A stretch of 64,000 nt of DNA from Candidatus Poribacteria bacterium (GTDB taxonomy: Bacteria; Poribacteria; WGA-4E; PCPOR2b): assembly GCA_965116925.1 (NCBI GenBank), contig OZ220744.1:1504001-1568000 (forward strand), read 5' to 3'. The notes under the pieces are model-generated. The model saw only the letters and a program-made list of their open reading frames with translations. It searched no databases and had not been told where the DNA came from. Positions 62,066-64,000 of this stretch are shown piece after piece (position 1 is the stretch's first letter; every line of letters starts with the position of its first letter). The translations under genes were made by a program, and so were the position numbers.

Positions 62066-62968
62066 TTAATAATCGTTGAGAGCTTCATTGATTGCACGTT
62101 GGGCTATTCCAGCAAGTACAAGGTTGGTAGTCTGATAGTAAGGGAGGGCAATCAACCCGAAAGACAACGCCCAGCCACGACCTCTCGCCCAGGTCGCATC
62201 ATCAACCTGTAGCACCGCACGGAATATTGCCCTGTTTTCGGCAGACAGGAACACCCATGCAGCCATCACGTCACATGCTGGATCGCCCACGCCTAGTCCC
62301 CCGAAATCGATAACGCCAGTAAGCCTACCCTGCTGGACGAGTAGGTTTCCAGCGTGCAGATCTCCATGTACCCAGACGGGTGCGTCGTTCCACGCTGGGG
62401 TTTCAATGGCTGCGTCCCACGCTGCGGTCACCTCGTCAGCATCGATCACATCATGTAGGGCTGCAATTGCATCGCGGGTCTCCTGATCACGTATTGCTAA
62501 CGGTACGCCGCGGTAAAAGTTGTGTTGCCCCGGCGGTGGTCCCCCGGCAGCCTCAATCTGCTGTAATGCGATTATGAATTGAGCCAAGTCGATCGCTGCT
62601 TGGTGTGGATCGGCGATGGGTGCGGTAGTAGCATCCTCACCTTCAAGCCACCGATAGACTGACCAATACCACGGGTAGCCATCGCTCGGTTTCCCTTTCG
62701 CAAGTGGAATCGGAATGTTGAGCGGTAGGAATGGGGCAAGTCTAGGGAGCCATTTCTGCTCCTTACTCACTTGCCCAACAGCGGAGGGGATGCGGGGGAG
62801 TCGCACGACCATGTCATCGCCAAGCCGATAGAGGGCGTTGCCTGTGCCGGCGGAATGGACCGGCTCAATGGGCAGATTTGCCCACTGCGGAAATTGTGTG
62901 ATGAGCAACCGAATGACAAGCGATACGTCGGTATCCACCTCGTCGATGTGCATCTTGCTAGTAGACAT
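62066..62968 (-). CDS. Aminoglycoside phosphotransferase-family kinase
   Basis: VRLPR, HGDLHAGN and VIDFG..GVGDPACD. Confidence 0.9.
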   Translation of the reverse strand: MSTSKMHIDEVDTDVSLVIRLLITQFPQWANLPIEPVHSAGTGNALYRLGDDMVVRLPRIPSAVGQVSKEQKWLPRLAPFLPLNIPIPLAKGKPSDGYPWYWSVYRWLEGEDATTAPIADPHQAAIDLAQFIIALQQIEAAGGPPPGQHNFYRGVPLAIRDQETRDAIAALHDVIDADEVTAAWDAAIETPAWNDAPVWVHGDLHAGNLLVQQGRLTGVIDFGGLGVGDPACDVMAAWVFLSAENRAIFRAVLQVDDATWARGRGWALSFGLIALPYYQTTNLVLAGIAQRAINEALNDY

Positions 62969-63166
62969 GTGTATTTCACATAATCGTGTAAGCTGACGAA
63001 AAAAGAAAGTGCAAAGCGCGAACAACGTGATGCGTGAAAACCCTCCGTTCATTGATGCAGTCAGCAAGGAACACCGATTCTCCGGTCCATGACCGAGAGT
63101 TTGAAGGAGATTTCCTACAATTGATGTTGTACGATTTCTTAACATGCGCCATAGTGTAATTGCTTC

Positions 63167-64000
63167 CTACAATACCTTACTTCCCTGCATAAAGGTCGCG
63201 CAGATTTTGGCGCCTGCGGTGTGTGCATAAAATGAGATGGGTCCAACCCACGCAATCTCACAACGTGGGTAGCCACGGGTTTTCATATCTTGGAGACAGC
63301 GAAGAAAAAGGACTTTCCCGATTCCCAAACCGCGTAACGATTCTTCCACGCCTGTGGGTCCGAACCCGCCACGAAACAGCGTTACGTCGTAGGTGGCAAA
63401 ACCGCGGATGTTGCGATCTGAATCGAGGGCTATAAAGGTTGTCACTGGCGTGTTTTTCAGCGAATTGTACGCCTCGGCTGTCCAGTTTTGGCTCCAAGTC
63501 CCTAGCATCCACTCGTAAAACGTCTGCTCGTCTTCACGCTCTAGACGTCTTATCTTGAAGCCTTGTTTTGCGAGTTTTGCTTCTGTCTGTGCCGTGTCAA
63601 AATCACCCGCTATAAGATCAACCTCCATATTGTGGACATAACGCTCAGCGGCGTAGCCGTGCGACTGAAGAAAGCAGAATGCTTCTGTGTAGCGTGGGTC
63701 TAAGCCGGGGGTGAAATAGTACGGTGAGCAATTCAGGATACGCACTCGCTCTGCACCGCCAGATCGAAAAAGTGCTTCTATTTCGGCTAACATCATGCTC
63801 CCAAGCCCTGATCTGCGGTGTTCCTGATCCACAGCGAAGAGTTTCAGCCCTGCCTCATTGCCGCGCAACACGCCAACCATAAAGCCGATTGTTTTTCCGT
63901 TGTCTCGTAGGAGAAAGCCGTGATCGGGCAAGTGATCGGGGTCGTCGAAAATCCGTCTCTGTAGAATCTCCTTTTCAAACTGACCTGAATGGAATTCAAA
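63167..64000 (-). CDS. Tandem GNAT acetyltransferase, 5'-truncated by the window edge
   Basis: VDQEHRRSGLG and FGPTGVEESLRGLGIG...WVGPISFY. Confidence 0.85.
   Translation of the reverse strand, partial: FEFHSGQFEKEILQRRIFDDPDHLPDHGFLLRDNGKTIGFMVGVLRGNEAGLKLFAVDQEHRRSGLGSMMLAEIEALFRSGGAERVRILNCSPYYFTPGLDPRYTEAFCFLQSHGYAAERYVHNMEVDLIAGDFDTAQTEAKLAKQGFKIRRLEREDEQTFYEWMLGTWSQNWTAEAYNSLKNTPVTTFIALDSDRNIRGFATYDVTLFRGGFGPTGVEESLRGLGIGKVLFLRCLQDMKTRGYPRCEIAWVGPISFYAHTAGAKICATFMQGSKVL

Overview
Bacterial chromosomal window, mostly housekeeping and metabolic genes: thiI, uvrA, lpoB, two M16 peptidases, aspC-type aminotransferase, thrC-like, S9 and M28 peptidases, korAB, TPP enzyme, sugar isomerases, yifB/comM, Fe-ADH, enolase-superfamily dehydratase and sppA. 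The intergenic spaces are densely filled with several miniature inverted-repeat element (MITE) and REP-like families. Gene content and repeat style resemble Candidatus Poribacteria, but that is an unverified impression. Highlights: (1) a Met-rich leader peptide with mutually exclusive terminator and antiterminator helices upstream of a thrC-like gene, a candidate methionine-sensing attenuator; (2) a missed AhpC/TSA-like selenoprotein with an in-frame UGA in a UxxS motif; (3) a protein-free IS200/IS605 derivative with its own near-consensus promoter, a candidate stand-alone TnpB guide-RNA cassette; (4) a tandem array of six mosaic Ig-like lipoproteins, one carrying an in-frame MITE insertion, with an IS982 in one spacer; (5) nested MITE shells that carry interchangeable hairpin cargo; (6) a modular island of small ORFs ending in a primase-polymerase/Zn-ribbon fusion. 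No rRNA, tRNA or CRISPR array was seen. All calls come from reading motifs by eye, with no database searches.
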